Of a DNA stretch of 64,000 nucleotides, positions 19,518-28,229 are shown piece by piece; the stretch's first letter is position 1; the number at the start of each line of letters is the position of its first letter. The notes beneath the pieces were generated by a model. The model was not told the DNA's origin and searched no databases. It saw only the letters and a program-made list of their open reading frames with translations. The stretch is from Acidimicrobiia bacterium. Its GTDB lineage: Bacteria; Actinomycetota; Acidimicrobiia; Acidimicrobiales; JANYDT01. The DNA is taken from the NCBI GenBank assembly GCA_031423635.1, contig JANPFX010000011.1:2430-66429 (forward strand), read 5' to 3'. Both the position numbers and the translations under genes were made by a program.

Positions 19518-19584
19518 GCGGCTGAACACCTCCAAAGCGCGTTCGGAGGTGTTCAGCCCCCATATATGGGGGCAACCTCTCTCC
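19518..19584. repeat. double-hairpin repeat, family E copy 2 (inverted relative to copy 1)
   Basis: It has the hairpin CTGAACACCTCC (19522-19533) / GGAGGTGTTCAG (19545-19556) and the palindrome GCCCCCATATATGGGGGC (19556-19573). Its reverse complement aligns with 16808-16875 at roughly 85% identity by eye. It lies between divergent genes. Confidence 0.85.
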
Positions 19585-19641
19585 TAACGGCACCGCAGGA
19601 CGCGGGCGCAGGGAACAGGAGCGCACTACGGTTCTCGGCCC

Positions 19642-20262
19642 GTGGCACTGCTTCGCTTCTCGTTCGGAACCATGGGCTCGGGAAAGAGCACCCTGGCGTT
19701 GCAGATCCACCACAACCTGAGCCGCCGACACAAGAAGGGGCTCCTGCTCTCCAAGCTCGATCGCGAGGGCGCGTTCGTCTCCAGTCGCCTCGGCCTCTCC
19801 GAGCAGGCGGTCCAGGTCACCGACGACCTCGACCTCTTCGCCATGGCCTCACGCTTCGCCAGCACCCACAGCGGCATCGACTACATCGTCTGCGACGAGG
19901 CTCAGTTCTATTCCCGAGACCAGGCCGACCAGCTGGCGCTCGTCGTCGACGTGCTCCACGCCGACGTCTACGCCTTCGGACTGATCACCGACTTCCGCGG
20001 CCGCCTGTTCGCGGGAACGGAGCGCCTCCTCGAAATCGCCGACGAACGGGTGCAACTCCACGTCGAGGCCCGCTGCTGGTGCGGCGAACGGGCGACACAC
20101 AACGCCCGGCTGGTGAACGGAAAGCTCGTCTACGAGGGTGACGTGGTCGTCGTCGGCGACACCACTGACGCCCCCGCCGAGCCCCTGTTCGGCGATGTGG
20201 TCACCTACGAGCTGCTCTGCCGGCGCCACTACCGCAGCGGGGAACCGTCCCGTCCGGACTAG
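19642..20262 (+). CDS. tdk: thymidine kinase
   Basis: P-loop GTMGSGKST, CDEAQF and the C-terminal zinc ribbon CWCGERATHNARL...CRRHY are present. Confidence 0.9.
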   Translation: MALLRFSFGTMGSGKSTLALQIHHNLSRRHKKGLLLSKLDREGAFVSSRLGLSEQAVQVTDDLDLFAMASRFASTHSGIDYIVCDEAQFYSRDQADQLALVVDVLHADVYAFGLITDFRGRLFAGTERLLEIADERVQLHVEARCWCGERATHNARLVNGKLVYEGDVVVVGDTTDAPAEPLFGDVVTYELLCRRHYRSGEPSRPD

Positions 20263-20333
20263 GGACACCGCCGACGCCAGCGAGCCTCGCTGCACGATCG
20301 CCCGGCACTCCGAACCGGGGGAGGCGGCATCCC

Positions 20334-22658
20334 GTGACCCGAGCGGTAACCTTCGCCCCGATGACTGACCTCGCCACCCCATCGTTCTCCGGCACATCCA
20401 TCCTCGGCACCTCGGTTCGCCGAGTCGAAGACCCTCGGATGCTGACCGTCGGCGGCACCTACGTCGACGACATCCGCGATCCGCTCCTCGACGCAGCGCT
20501 GCACGTCCACTACGTGCGGGCCACAATGGCGCACGCGAAGATCACCGTCGATGCGAGCGAGGCGCTCGGGATGCCCGGCGTCGTCGCCGTGGTCACGGCA
20601 GCCGACATCGCCGACCTCGGGAGCTATCCCGGTGACTTCCCGGGGTCGCCCGGCACGCTCGCCCGGCCCTGGCTTGCCGGAGACACCGTTCGCTACGTCG
20701 GGGAGCCGATCGCGGTGATCCTCACCGAACTCCGGGGCCAGGGCCCCGACGCCGCCGAAATGGTGGTCGTCGACTACGAACCGCTGCCGGTGCTGGTCTC
20801 GGTCGAGGACGCGGTGGATTCACCGACGCTCATTCATCCCGACCACGGCTCGAACATCGCCCTCAGCATCAAGCCCATGCGTTCGGTCGATCCCTCCGTC
20901 AGTCCGGTCGTGATCCGCCAGCGCGTGGTGAACTCCCGTGTCGCTCCCTCGCCGATCGAGCCTCGCACGGCGGCCTCCGCATGGGACGCAGCCGGCCGTC
21001 TGCACCACTGGACCAGCGGTCAGGGCTCGCACCCGTTCCGAGACTTCCTCGCGGCGGCACACAAGATCCCGAATGGCGACGTGCGCGTCATCACCCCCGA
21101 CGTGGGCGGTGGATTCGGCGCCAAGGCCACGCCTTCCCCGGAGGATGTCCTGCTCCCCCGCCTGGCGAAGATCGCCGGCCGCCCCGTTCGGTGGGTGTCG
21201 TCGCGGACGGATGACATGGCCAACCTCGCCCACGGCCGCGCCCAGGTGCAGTTCGCCGAGATCGGGGCGACCGCCGACGGCCGCATCGAGTCCTACAAGC
21301 TCACCGTGCTGCAGGACTGTGGTGCCTACCTTCGCTACGGCGGCGTCCTGCCGCACATGACCCAACTGATGCAGCCCGGGGTCTACGACATCGCCGACAT
21401 CGAGTTCTCCTCGCGCTCAGTGCTCACCAACACCACCCCGGTCGGGGCGTTCCGCGGGGCCGGCCGACCCGAGGCGGCGGCAGCGATCGAACGGATGGTT
21501 GACATCCTCGCGGCCGAGATCGGGGTCGACCCCGTCGAAGTTCGCCGCCGTAACCTCCGCGCCCCGTTCAACGAGACCATCACCACCTCGGCAGGTGCCC
21601 CGTACGACTGTGGCGACTACGCCGGCGCGCTCGACCGAGTCCTCGCTGCTGCAGGCTACGACGCTCTCCGGGCCGAGCAGGTGGGCCGACGAGCGAGCGG
21701 AAGCTCCAAGCTCCTCGGGATCGGCGTGTCCTGCTACGTCGAGGTGACCGCCGGCGGAGGTGGCTCCGAGTTTGCCGCCATAGAAATCCTGGACGACGGA
21801 AAGGTACGTGCACGTACGGGTTCCACACCCTATGGCACCGGCCACGAAACAAGTTGGGCGATGCTCATCTCCGAGAAGACCGGCGTGCCGGTCGATCGGA
21901 TCGAAGTACGACATGGCGACACCGACGACGTTGCGCGGGGAGGCATGACCGGCGGATCGCGGTCACTGCAGATCGCCGGTGCGGCGATCTGGACGGCGGC
22001 CGGCGAGATCGTCGACCAGGCCCGAGAGCTCGCGGCATCACTGCTCGAGGCGCCCGTCGAAGACGTGGTGCTCGACACGTCGCGCGGCGCGTTCCATGTG
22101 GTGGGCACTCCGGCGGTGAGCCGATCGTGGGCCGATCTTGCTGCGGCGTCGACTGTCCAGGGAACAACTCTCGACGTGTCGCTCGACTACAAGGCGAACG
22201 CCGGAACGTTCCCCTTCGGCGCCCACGTCGCCGTCGTCGAAGTCGATGCCGAGACCGGCAAGGTCACGCTCCTTCGCATGGTTGCCTGCGACGACGCCGG
22301 GCGGATCCTCAACCCACTCCTCGTCGCCGGCCAGGTGCACGGCGGCCTCGCCCAAGGGGCGGCTCAGGCACTCCTCGAAGAAGTCGTGTTCGATGCCGAC
22401 GCGAACCCGCTCACCGGGAACTTCGCCGACTACGGCGTCATCTCGATGGCTGAGCTGCCGAGCTTCGAACGGGTGCCGATGGAAACACCGACCCACGTGA
22501 ACGAACTCGGCGCGAAGGGCATCGGCGAGTCCGGCACCGTCGGCGCCACACCGGCCGTCCAGAACGCCGTCATCGATGCCCTCGCCCACCTCGGTGTCCG
22601 CCACATCGACATGCCGACCACAGCCGAAAAGGTCTGGCGGGCCATCCAGTCCGCCTGA
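20334..22658 (+). CDS. xanthine dehydrogenase / aerobic CO dehydrogenase family molybdopterin-binding large subunit
   Basis: N-terminal GTSVRRVEDPRMLTVGGTYVDDI and an active-site-loop-like GAFRGAGRPEAA are present in a ~770-aa protein. No adjacent FeS or FAD subunit genes are seen. The start is GTG 20334 (preceded by GGGGGAGG) or ATG 20361. Confidence 0.8.
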   Translation: MTRAVTFAPMTDLATPSFSGTSILGTSVRRVEDPRMLTVGGTYVDDIRDPLLDAALHVHYVRATMAHAKITVDASEALGMPGVVAVVTAADIADLGSYPGDFPGSPGTLARPWLAGDTVRYVGEPIAVILTELRGQGPDAAEMVVVDYEPLPVLVSVEDAVDSPTLIHPDHGSNIALSIKPMRSVDPSVSPVVIRQRVVNSRVAPSPIEPRTAASAWDAAGRLHHWTSGQGSHPFRDFLAAAHKIPNGDVRVITPDVGGGFGAKATPSPEDVLLPRLAKIAGRPVRWVSSRTDDMANLAHGRAQVQFAEIGATADGRIESYKLTVLQDCGAYLRYGGVLPHMTQLMQPGVYDIADIEFSSRSVLTNTTPVGAFRGAGRPEAAAAIERMVDILAAEIGVDPVEVRRRNLRAPFNETITTSAGAPYDCGDYAGALDRVLAAAGYDALRAEQVGRRASGSSKLLGIGVSCYVEVTAGGGGSEFAAIEILDDGKVRARTGSTPYGTGHETSWAMLISEKTGVPVDRIEVRHGDTDDVARGGMTGGSRSLQIAGAAIWTAAGEIVDQARELAASLLEAPVEDVVLDTSRGAFHVVGTPAVSRSWADLAAASTVQGTTLDVSLDYKANAGTFPFGAHVAVVEVDAETGKVTLLRMVACDDAGRILNPLLVAGQVHGGLAQGAAQALLEEVVFDADANPLTGNFADYGVISMAELPSFERVPMETPTHVNELGAKGIGESGTVGATPAVQNAVIDALAHLGVRHIDMPTTAEKVWRAIQSA

Positions 22659-22691
22659 TCGGTCGGTTGTCCGCGGGAGCGGGCGCTGCGC

Positions 22692-23129
22692 TCAGACGTC
22701 GACGATGACGGTCACCGGTCCGTCATTGACGAGGGAGATCTGCATGTTGGTCCGGAAGCGTCCGGTCTCCACGGTGGCGCCGAGCGCTCGGAGTTCGGTG
22801 ACCACCAGATCGACGAGCGGCTCGGCGACCTCGGGTGGGGCCGCGTTGATCCAACTCGGACGGCGTCCGGCCGAGGTGTCGCCGTAGAGCGTGAACTGGC
22901 TGACGACGAGCACCGCTCGTGTGGTGTCCGCCACCGATCGGTTCATCACGCCTGCCTCATCATCGAAGATGCGGAGATGCCAGAGTTTGGCGGCCAACTT
23001 CGCAGCGTGCGCCTCGGTGTCGGCATGGGTCACCCCGACGAGCACACACAGACCGGGCCCGACGGCTCCGACCTCCACACCCTCCGAGGTGACACTCGCC
23101 CGAACGACTCGCTGGACCAATCCACGCAT
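22692..23129 (-). CDS. dtd: D-aminoacyl-tRNA deacylase
   Basis: Motifs MRGLVQRV, SQFTLYGD and NDGPVT are present. Confidence 0.9.
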   Translation of the reverse strand: MRGLVQRVVRASVTSEGVEVGAVGPGLCVLVGVTHADTEAHAAKLAAKLWHLRIFDDEAGVMNRSVADTTRAVLVVSQFTLYGDTSAGRRPSWINAAPPEVAEPLVDLVVTELRALGATVETGRFRTNMQISLVNDGPVTVIVDV

Positions 23130-23167
23130 CGACGACCACGGTAGCGCCATGCCGTGGGAAGCCGAGC

Positions 23168-24319
23168 TCAGGCCGACTGGCGATGTGCCCGTTTCATCGC
23201 ATACATCAGCTTGTCCGCCTCGGCCAACGTGCTCTGCATCGTGTGCTCCGGGACGTGCGTCGCCACGCCGATTGCGGCCGAGATCTCGATGAGGTTCCCA
23301 TGAACGAACATCGGCTCCTGGATCGACCGCCGAACCCGATCACCGAAGGCGTCGGCGTCGCTGTCGTCGAAGCCGCGGGCGACGATGACGAACTCGTCAC
23401 CACCCATTCGCGCAACGATGTCGCCGGTCCGCACGATCTGGGTGAGACGGTCGGCGACGATGCGGAGGACCTCATCGCCGGCGGTGTGGCCGAACCTGTC
23501 GTTGATCGGTTTGAAACCGTCGAGGTCGATGAACAGCACGGTGGTGTCGTCCGGATGACCCTCGCGACGCTCGAGCTCGCTCCACAGTCCAGCGCGGTTG
23601 GCGAGCCCGGTGAGCACATCGCTGTGGGCCCGTCGCTCGAGCAATTCGTTCGCCGCCTCCAGGTCCGCGACGAGGTGCTCGTTGCGGACGCGCAGTTCCG
23701 TGGCGCGCCGGAACGCGTCGCCGGCGATCTGATTGGTCCCGAGGATCACCACGCAGTACACGACGCAACCGAAACCGAGCACACCTCCGAGGAGGCCACC
23801 GAGCCGAAGGCACGACACGATGGCGGCCACGACAATCGGAGCGCTGAAGAGAGCGAGCGACGAACGGAGGCCGAATCCGACGAGCACGTTCACCGCAAGG
23901 ATCGCGGAGAACATCATGAGTGAAACGGACCACATCGGGTCGACCCGGCCGCCCTTCCAGGGATCTACGAGGAGCACTCCGAGACCGGTCGCGACACCGG
24001 AGCACGCCAACGCGACGTGCATGCGTCGGAGCCAGACCCTTGGATCGGACCAGGGTTGCGATCGCAACGCAAGCGAGGAGCAGGCGACGGTCGCCAAGGA
24101 CACGACGAACACTGCCGCCGACCACGCGCCGATGATCGTGGCATCGGTCCCGGCGGAGTGGGCAATCCAGCCTCCGACCAAGGGAACCGTCACGGAGGCG
24201 CTCGCCGACCCTCCCCGCATCATGCGGCAGGTGTCCACCAGCCCGCGTTCGAGGATCGCATCGTCGATGCGCTCCTCGATCGGATCGGGTACTGCGGCCA
24301 TGTCGAGCAGTTTCGACAT
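23168..24319 (-). CDS. membrane-bound diguanylate cyclase (GGDEF domain)
   Basis: About 6 N-terminal TM helices are followed by LTGLANRAGL, FIDLDGFKPINDRFGH, an RTGD I-site and GGDEF. Confidence 0.88.
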   Translation of the reverse strand: MSKLLDMAAVPDPIEERIDDAILERGLVDTCRMMRGGSASASVTVPLVGGWIAHSAGTDATIIGAWSAAVFVVSLATVACSSLALRSQPWSDPRVWLRRMHVALACSGVATGLGVLLVDPWKGGRVDPMWSVSLMMFSAILAVNVLVGFGLRSSLALFSAPIVVAAIVSCLRLGGLLGGVLGFGCVVYCVVILGTNQIAGDAFRRATELRVRNEHLVADLEAANELLERRAHSDVLTGLANRAGLWSELERREGHPDDTTVLFIDLDGFKPINDRFGHTAGDEVLRIVADRLTQIVRTGDIVARMGGDEFVIVARGFDDSDADAFGDRVRRSIQEPMFVHGNLIEISAAIGVATHVPEHTMQSTLAEADKLMYAMKRAHRQSA

Positions 24320-24426
24320 ATCGAACCCGGAACCTGAGCAGAATCACCCGCCGGGCGCCAAACGCTCAGGTGAACGTGAAGCAAACCTCAGAACGGAACG
24401 GTGCCTCAGCGCGCGGGTGGACCGCA

Positions 24427-26010
24427 TCAGTGCAGAGCGAAGAACTTCCCGCCCCGGGTTGCGACATAGATGGCGCCGTCCCAGACCGCCGGCGTCGCTT
24501 CGATGCAGCCGCCGAGAGCGACCTCCCAGATGGGCTGCGGCTCCGCACGCGCGTCGGACACATCGAAGCCGTGGACGACGCCGCCGCAGTCGCCCTGCAC
24601 CAGGACATCGTCCACCACGACCGGCGATGACCACAACGGGCCGGGGAGACGGAGCTCCCACAACACCACACCATCGAGCTGATCGAGTCCGACCACTCTT
24701 CCCCCATCGGTCGTGGCAATCACCACTCCGTCGTGAAGAGCGACCGTCGACCAGATCCCTCCCGGTCGGCGGCCAACGTCGAAGAAGCTCCACACCAATG
24801 GATCTGGACGGGTCGGATCCAGCTTCACGAGTTGGCCGACCTCCCGGCTACGCGCATTCCCGCGTTCGTACTCGACGCCGACATAGAGCGCCCCGTGGTC
24901 GTCGATGACCACGGAGGCGTCCGTGTCGTCACCGACCCAGTAACGAAAAGTTCGCGACGGAGTCCCCCCGGTTCGCAACGGTGCGAGATCCCATCCCTGC
25001 ACGAGTCCACCGGAGTTCCCGAAGTACACCGTGTCACCGTCGACGGCGACGGAGTTCTCGATCGACACCTCCGACGACGATTGCCCCGCCAGATCGGCGC
25101 GGAGCTGATCATCCCAACCCGGCGTGTTGAACACGAGCTTGGGGTCGACCTGCACGAGACCGTTCGCATCGATGGTGCGGCCGAGCTTCACCGCATGGAA
25201 CTGACTGTTCTCCCCGCCTTCGAGCAGCCAGTCGTCGAGGACAAGCGCGCTGCCGTCCCAGTCGTTGTTCCACAGCGTCGGTGACACATCGTCCGCGCTG
25301 AGGTGCCACAGCTCTTCGGCCTTCGGGCCACGGTCGATGGCGAGGACCCGGAAGTAGTTGTCCCGACTGCCGGAGTACACGAGCGGGAAGCCGTCCGGGT
25401 CGACCGTCACGGTGCCCTTGATGATGTCGCCTGTCGGGAAGGGTTCGAGGATGTCCTCCCCCGTGGACCCGTCGATGAAGTGCACGGCGCCGTCGTAGCC
25501 GTTGAAGACCACCCACGTTCGACCGTCGCGGACATGGACGGTCGGCTGGCCGGTCCACCCGGCACCACACCACTGCTTCGTCACTCCCTTGGCCGACGAG
25601 GATCGGCACATCGCCCCGCGCTTCGGGTACGACCACGCAACCTTCGGCGAGACCGGCACCGGTCCGCGTCCGTAGAAACGCCGGTTGGCATCGCCGCGAA
25701 ACGTGAGGAGCCCCTCGACGGTCGGCTGCCACCCATCCTCGAACTTCACCGGAGCGCCCGGCAGGGTCGTCGGTACATCGGCGGTCACGGTGTCAAGGGT
25801 CTCGACGAGGGCGGTCGACGATGGCGGCAGGCTCGACGCGACTGCCTCGGGCGGCGCTGCGGTTGTTCGTGCGGTGGTTGGGACGACTGTCGCAATGGAC
25901 GGTTCATCCGGTGAAGGTGACGTCGACGGCGACGGCGACGAGCAACCGACGATGACCGACACTGCGCCCGTCAGCACCAGCCGACGGACCCGCTTTCGGG
26001 CATACATCAT
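24427..26010 (-). CDS. PQQ-like beta-propeller repeat lipoprotein
   Basis: The start is at MMYARKRVRRLVLTGAVSVIVGC, which contains a lipobox. A Ser/Pro/Thr linker is followed by repeated W/G-rich blades (GG.VVGLD...G..LW). Confidence 0.7.
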   Translation of the reverse strand: MMYARKRVRRLVLTGAVSVIVGCSSPSPSTSPSPDEPSIATVVPTTARTTAAPPEAVASSLPPSSTALVETLDTVTADVPTTLPGAPVKFEDGWQPTVEGLLTFRGDANRRFYGRGPVPVSPKVAWSYPKRGAMCRSSSAKGVTKQWCGAGWTGQPTVHVRDGRTWVVFNGYDGAVHFIDGSTGEDILEPFPTGDIIKGTVTVDPDGFPLVYSGSRDNYFRVLAIDRGPKAEELWHLSADDVSPTLWNNDWDGSALVLDDWLLEGGENSQFHAVKLGRTIDANGLVQVDPKLVFNTPGWDDQLRADLAGQSSSEVSIENSVAVDGDTVYFGNSGGLVQGWDLAPLRTGGTPSRTFRYWVGDDTDASVVIDDHGALYVGVEYERGNARSREVGQLVKLDPTRPDPLVWSFFDVGRRPGGIWSTVALHDGVVIATTDGGRVVGLDQLDGVVLWELRLPGPLWSSPVVVDDVLVQGDCGGVVHGFDVSDARAEPQPIWEVALGGCIEATPAVWDGAIYVATRGGKFFALH

Positions 26011-26018
26011 GACCGTTG

Positions 26019-26891
26019 TCAGTCGTTGCCGGGAGGCAGCCTGCGCAACGGGGACCACCCGGCATCGATCACTGCAGCGGAAAGCGGCCGGGCCGCAGCC
26101 CGCAGCTCACGGCAGCCTTCCTCACCGAGGACGGCCCACGCGTCGGCCGAGAGCTCGTCCGTGCGATCTTCGATCCGCTGTCGCAGTGCAGCTCCCGTGT
26201 CGGTGAGCGCGACCTCGCCAGGGGTGAGGATGTTGCGAGAACGCAACGATTCGATGCCGGCATTCCATTCGTCCTCGGTCCAACCGCGCAACTGTTGGAG
26301 CATGGCGAGGGGAACGGCTCCCGTGGCCCCGTGGGTGATCAGCGCATCGAGTCCGCCGAGCCCTTCGCTGAGAAGCAGCGCGAGGTGCAGGTCACCGCGG
26401 TACTCACGCAGCAACGTCTGCGCGTGCCAGAGGACGAGGTGCGGCTCGGTCGGCCAAGCCAGCGATGCGTGGGCCGCGAACAGGGGCTTGCCATCGACTC
26501 TGGCGCACGCCGAACGGGCGGCGATCGTTGCCAGCTCCGCAGCCCGCTTCGTGGCGTCGTTGCCGATCAGATCCGGTGCAGCGACGCGGAGCGAAACGTC
26601 GACGACGCGAAGGCGGGCCGCCAGTGCGTCCTCCGGGGACACTCGATCCCACACCGTCGCCATGGCCGAACGAACGAGTGATGGGGAGAAGTTGAAGAAC
26701 GTCGACGTGACCACTTCGGGGCTGACCCGTCCGAACGCTGCAGCCCGCGAGGCGAAGTAGTGCTGGCGGCCCTCGAGTCCGGCGGCATCGTAGATCGGCG
26801 TCCCGTGCGGGGTGAAGTAGACCATCCCGTGAATGGGCTCGAGCGTCATCCATGTGCGCCGGGCAATCTGTGGGTCGAAACCGATCGTCAT
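26019..26891 (-). CDS. conserved actinobacterial hypothetical protein (SCO6745/SalK-like, C-terminal wHTH-like region)
   Basis: EPIHGMVYFTPHGTPIYDAAGL...YFASRAAAFGRVSPEVVTSTFFNFSPSLV resembles a family I recall as SCO6745-like. The assignment is from memory only. Confidence 0.5.
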   Translation of the reverse strand: MTIGFDPQIARRTWMTLEPIHGMVYFTPHGTPIYDAAGLEGRQHYFASRAAAFGRVSPEVVTSTFFNFSPSLVRSAMATVWDRVSPEDALAARLRVVDVSLRVAAPDLIGNDATKRAAELATIAARSACARVDGKPLFAAHASLAWPTEPHLVLWHAQTLLREYRGDLHLALLLSEGLGGLDALITHGATGAVPLAMLQQLRGWTEDEWNAGIESLRSRNILTPGEVALTDTGAALRQRIEDRTDELSADAWAVLGEEGCRELRAAARPLSAAVIDAGWSPLRRLPPGND

Positions 26892-26941
26892 CCTTTCACC
26901 TTGTCACAGCACCGTTCGGCCCACGGAATTCGTCGGCCCGA

Positions 26942-27322
26942 TCAGTACGGAAAGACGAATCGACCTTCGTCGTCCTTGGTCAGCGGGCGGACGTCGAGAA
27001 CGGCATCGAGATTGAGGGGTCCGTACAGATGGGGGAAGCGCACATCCGAAGCCGGATCGTGCGCCGGCGGCTCCCACCGCACTTCGGCCGCGCACCGAGC
27101 CTCATCGACCTGCAGGAGAACGAGGCCCGGCACGTCGTCGTAGTACCGCGCGGCCGAGCCGAGCGCCTGCTCGGCGGTCGAAAGATGGATGAAGCCCTCA
27201 GAGATCAGGCTGAACACCGAGTATTCGTCGAGAAGCTGCGCATCGGACCACGCAGTCGCGGTCGTGATGTGGAAGATCACGCACCGGCTCCCTTGCGCGC
27301 CGTCACTCTGCTTGCTGCCCAC
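26942..27322 (-). CDS. DUF952 domain protein
   Basis: The pattern VIFHITTATAW...EGFIHLSTAEQ...LVLLQVD...FPHLYGPLNLDAV matches DUF952. The true start may be the GTG at 27280. Confidence 0.75.
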   Translation of the reverse strand: MGSKQSDGAQGSRCVIFHITTATAWSDAQLLDEYSVFSLISEGFIHLSTAEQALGSAARYYDDVPGLVLLQVDEARCAAEVRWEPPAHDPASDVRFPHLYGPLNLDAVLDVRPLTKDDEGRFVFPY

Positions 27323-27329
27323 GGGACCA

Positions 27330-28205
27330 TCATGCGCCCCCTCTATTCCTCGCGGTCACTATCCACGTCGCGCTATCGACCACGGCTCCGTGGTCCGTCC
27401 ACTGCGACTCCAGCACGCGCCGGGCCGCGTCATGGATCTGGCGGGCCGTCGCCTCATCGGCACTCTGCATCAGTCGTGCCGCTCCGCCCACGCGCAGACT
27501 GGCGTCGAGGGCGACGTCGAAGTCGGTCGTCCCGAAAAGCTGCATTGGCGCGATGTGCTCGGCGATCTCGATGTCGACCCAGCCGGCCGAAGAAAGAATG
27601 CCCCGCAGACGCTCCGCATCGGCAAAGGCCATCGGCCCGGGGGCGTGGGGATCTGGCGCCGGCAGTCCCGGAAACAGCGCATTGAGTTCCCGCCCGAGAT
27701 CGCCGAAGATCCGGTTCTTCCGCGCCTCCTGCCAGCAGACGAAGGCCATTCGGGCGGGTGCATTCGTAAGCGCACGTATGTTGACGAATGCCGCCACTGG
27801 GTCGTCGAAGAACATCACTCCGAAGCGCGAGAACACCGCGTCGACGTGGCCCCCGACATCGCCGGGGCTCGCAGTCTGGGCATCACCGACCATGGCGGAG
27901 GCGTGACGGAACCCGCGATCGGAAAGCCGACGTGCGGCGAGCTCGGTCATCGGCACACTGATATCCAACCCGACCACTCGTCCGGTCTCCCCCACCGCGG
28001 CGGCGAGGTCGAGGGTGGTCGCGCCGCAGCCACAGCCGATGTCGATGATCGATTCGCCGGTCTGCGCGTCGAGCGCGCCGAGCGCGGCCGCGCCGACGAC
28101 GGCTAGCTGACGGTCCATCTGATCCTGCAGGTCGACCCAGGCCTCCCCACCGGTGGCCGACCAGAACTCGGCCTGGCCTTGATTCCCTGGTGCTGTTGCA
28201 GGCAT
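27330..28205 (-). CDS. class I SAM-dependent methyltransferase
   Basis: SAM-binding motif I is IIDIGCGCGATTLDLA, and the length is ~290 aa. Confidence 0.8.
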   Translation of the reverse strand: MPATAPGNQGQAEFWSATGGEAWVDLQDQMDRQLAVVGAAALGALDAQTGESIIDIGCGCGATTLDLAAAVGETGRVVGLDISVPMTELAARRLSDRGFRHASAMVGDAQTASPGDVGGHVDAVFSRFGVMFFDDPVAAFVNIRALTNAPARMAFVCWQEARKNRIFGDLGRELNALFPGLPAPDPHAPGPMAFADAERLRGILSSAGWVDIEIAEHIAPMQLFGTTDFDVALDASLRVGGAARLMQSADEATARQIHDAARRVLESQWTDHGAVVDSATWIVTARNRGGA

Positions 28206-28229
28206 CTGAAGGTCCGTTTCGCGAAGGCG

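Noticed and set aside
9751-19584. Calling repeat families A and E mobile elements (MITE/IS).
   Set aside because: No transposase, integrase or recombinase ORF was seen in the window on either strand, and no target-site duplications could be recognised. They are therefore reported as repeats only.
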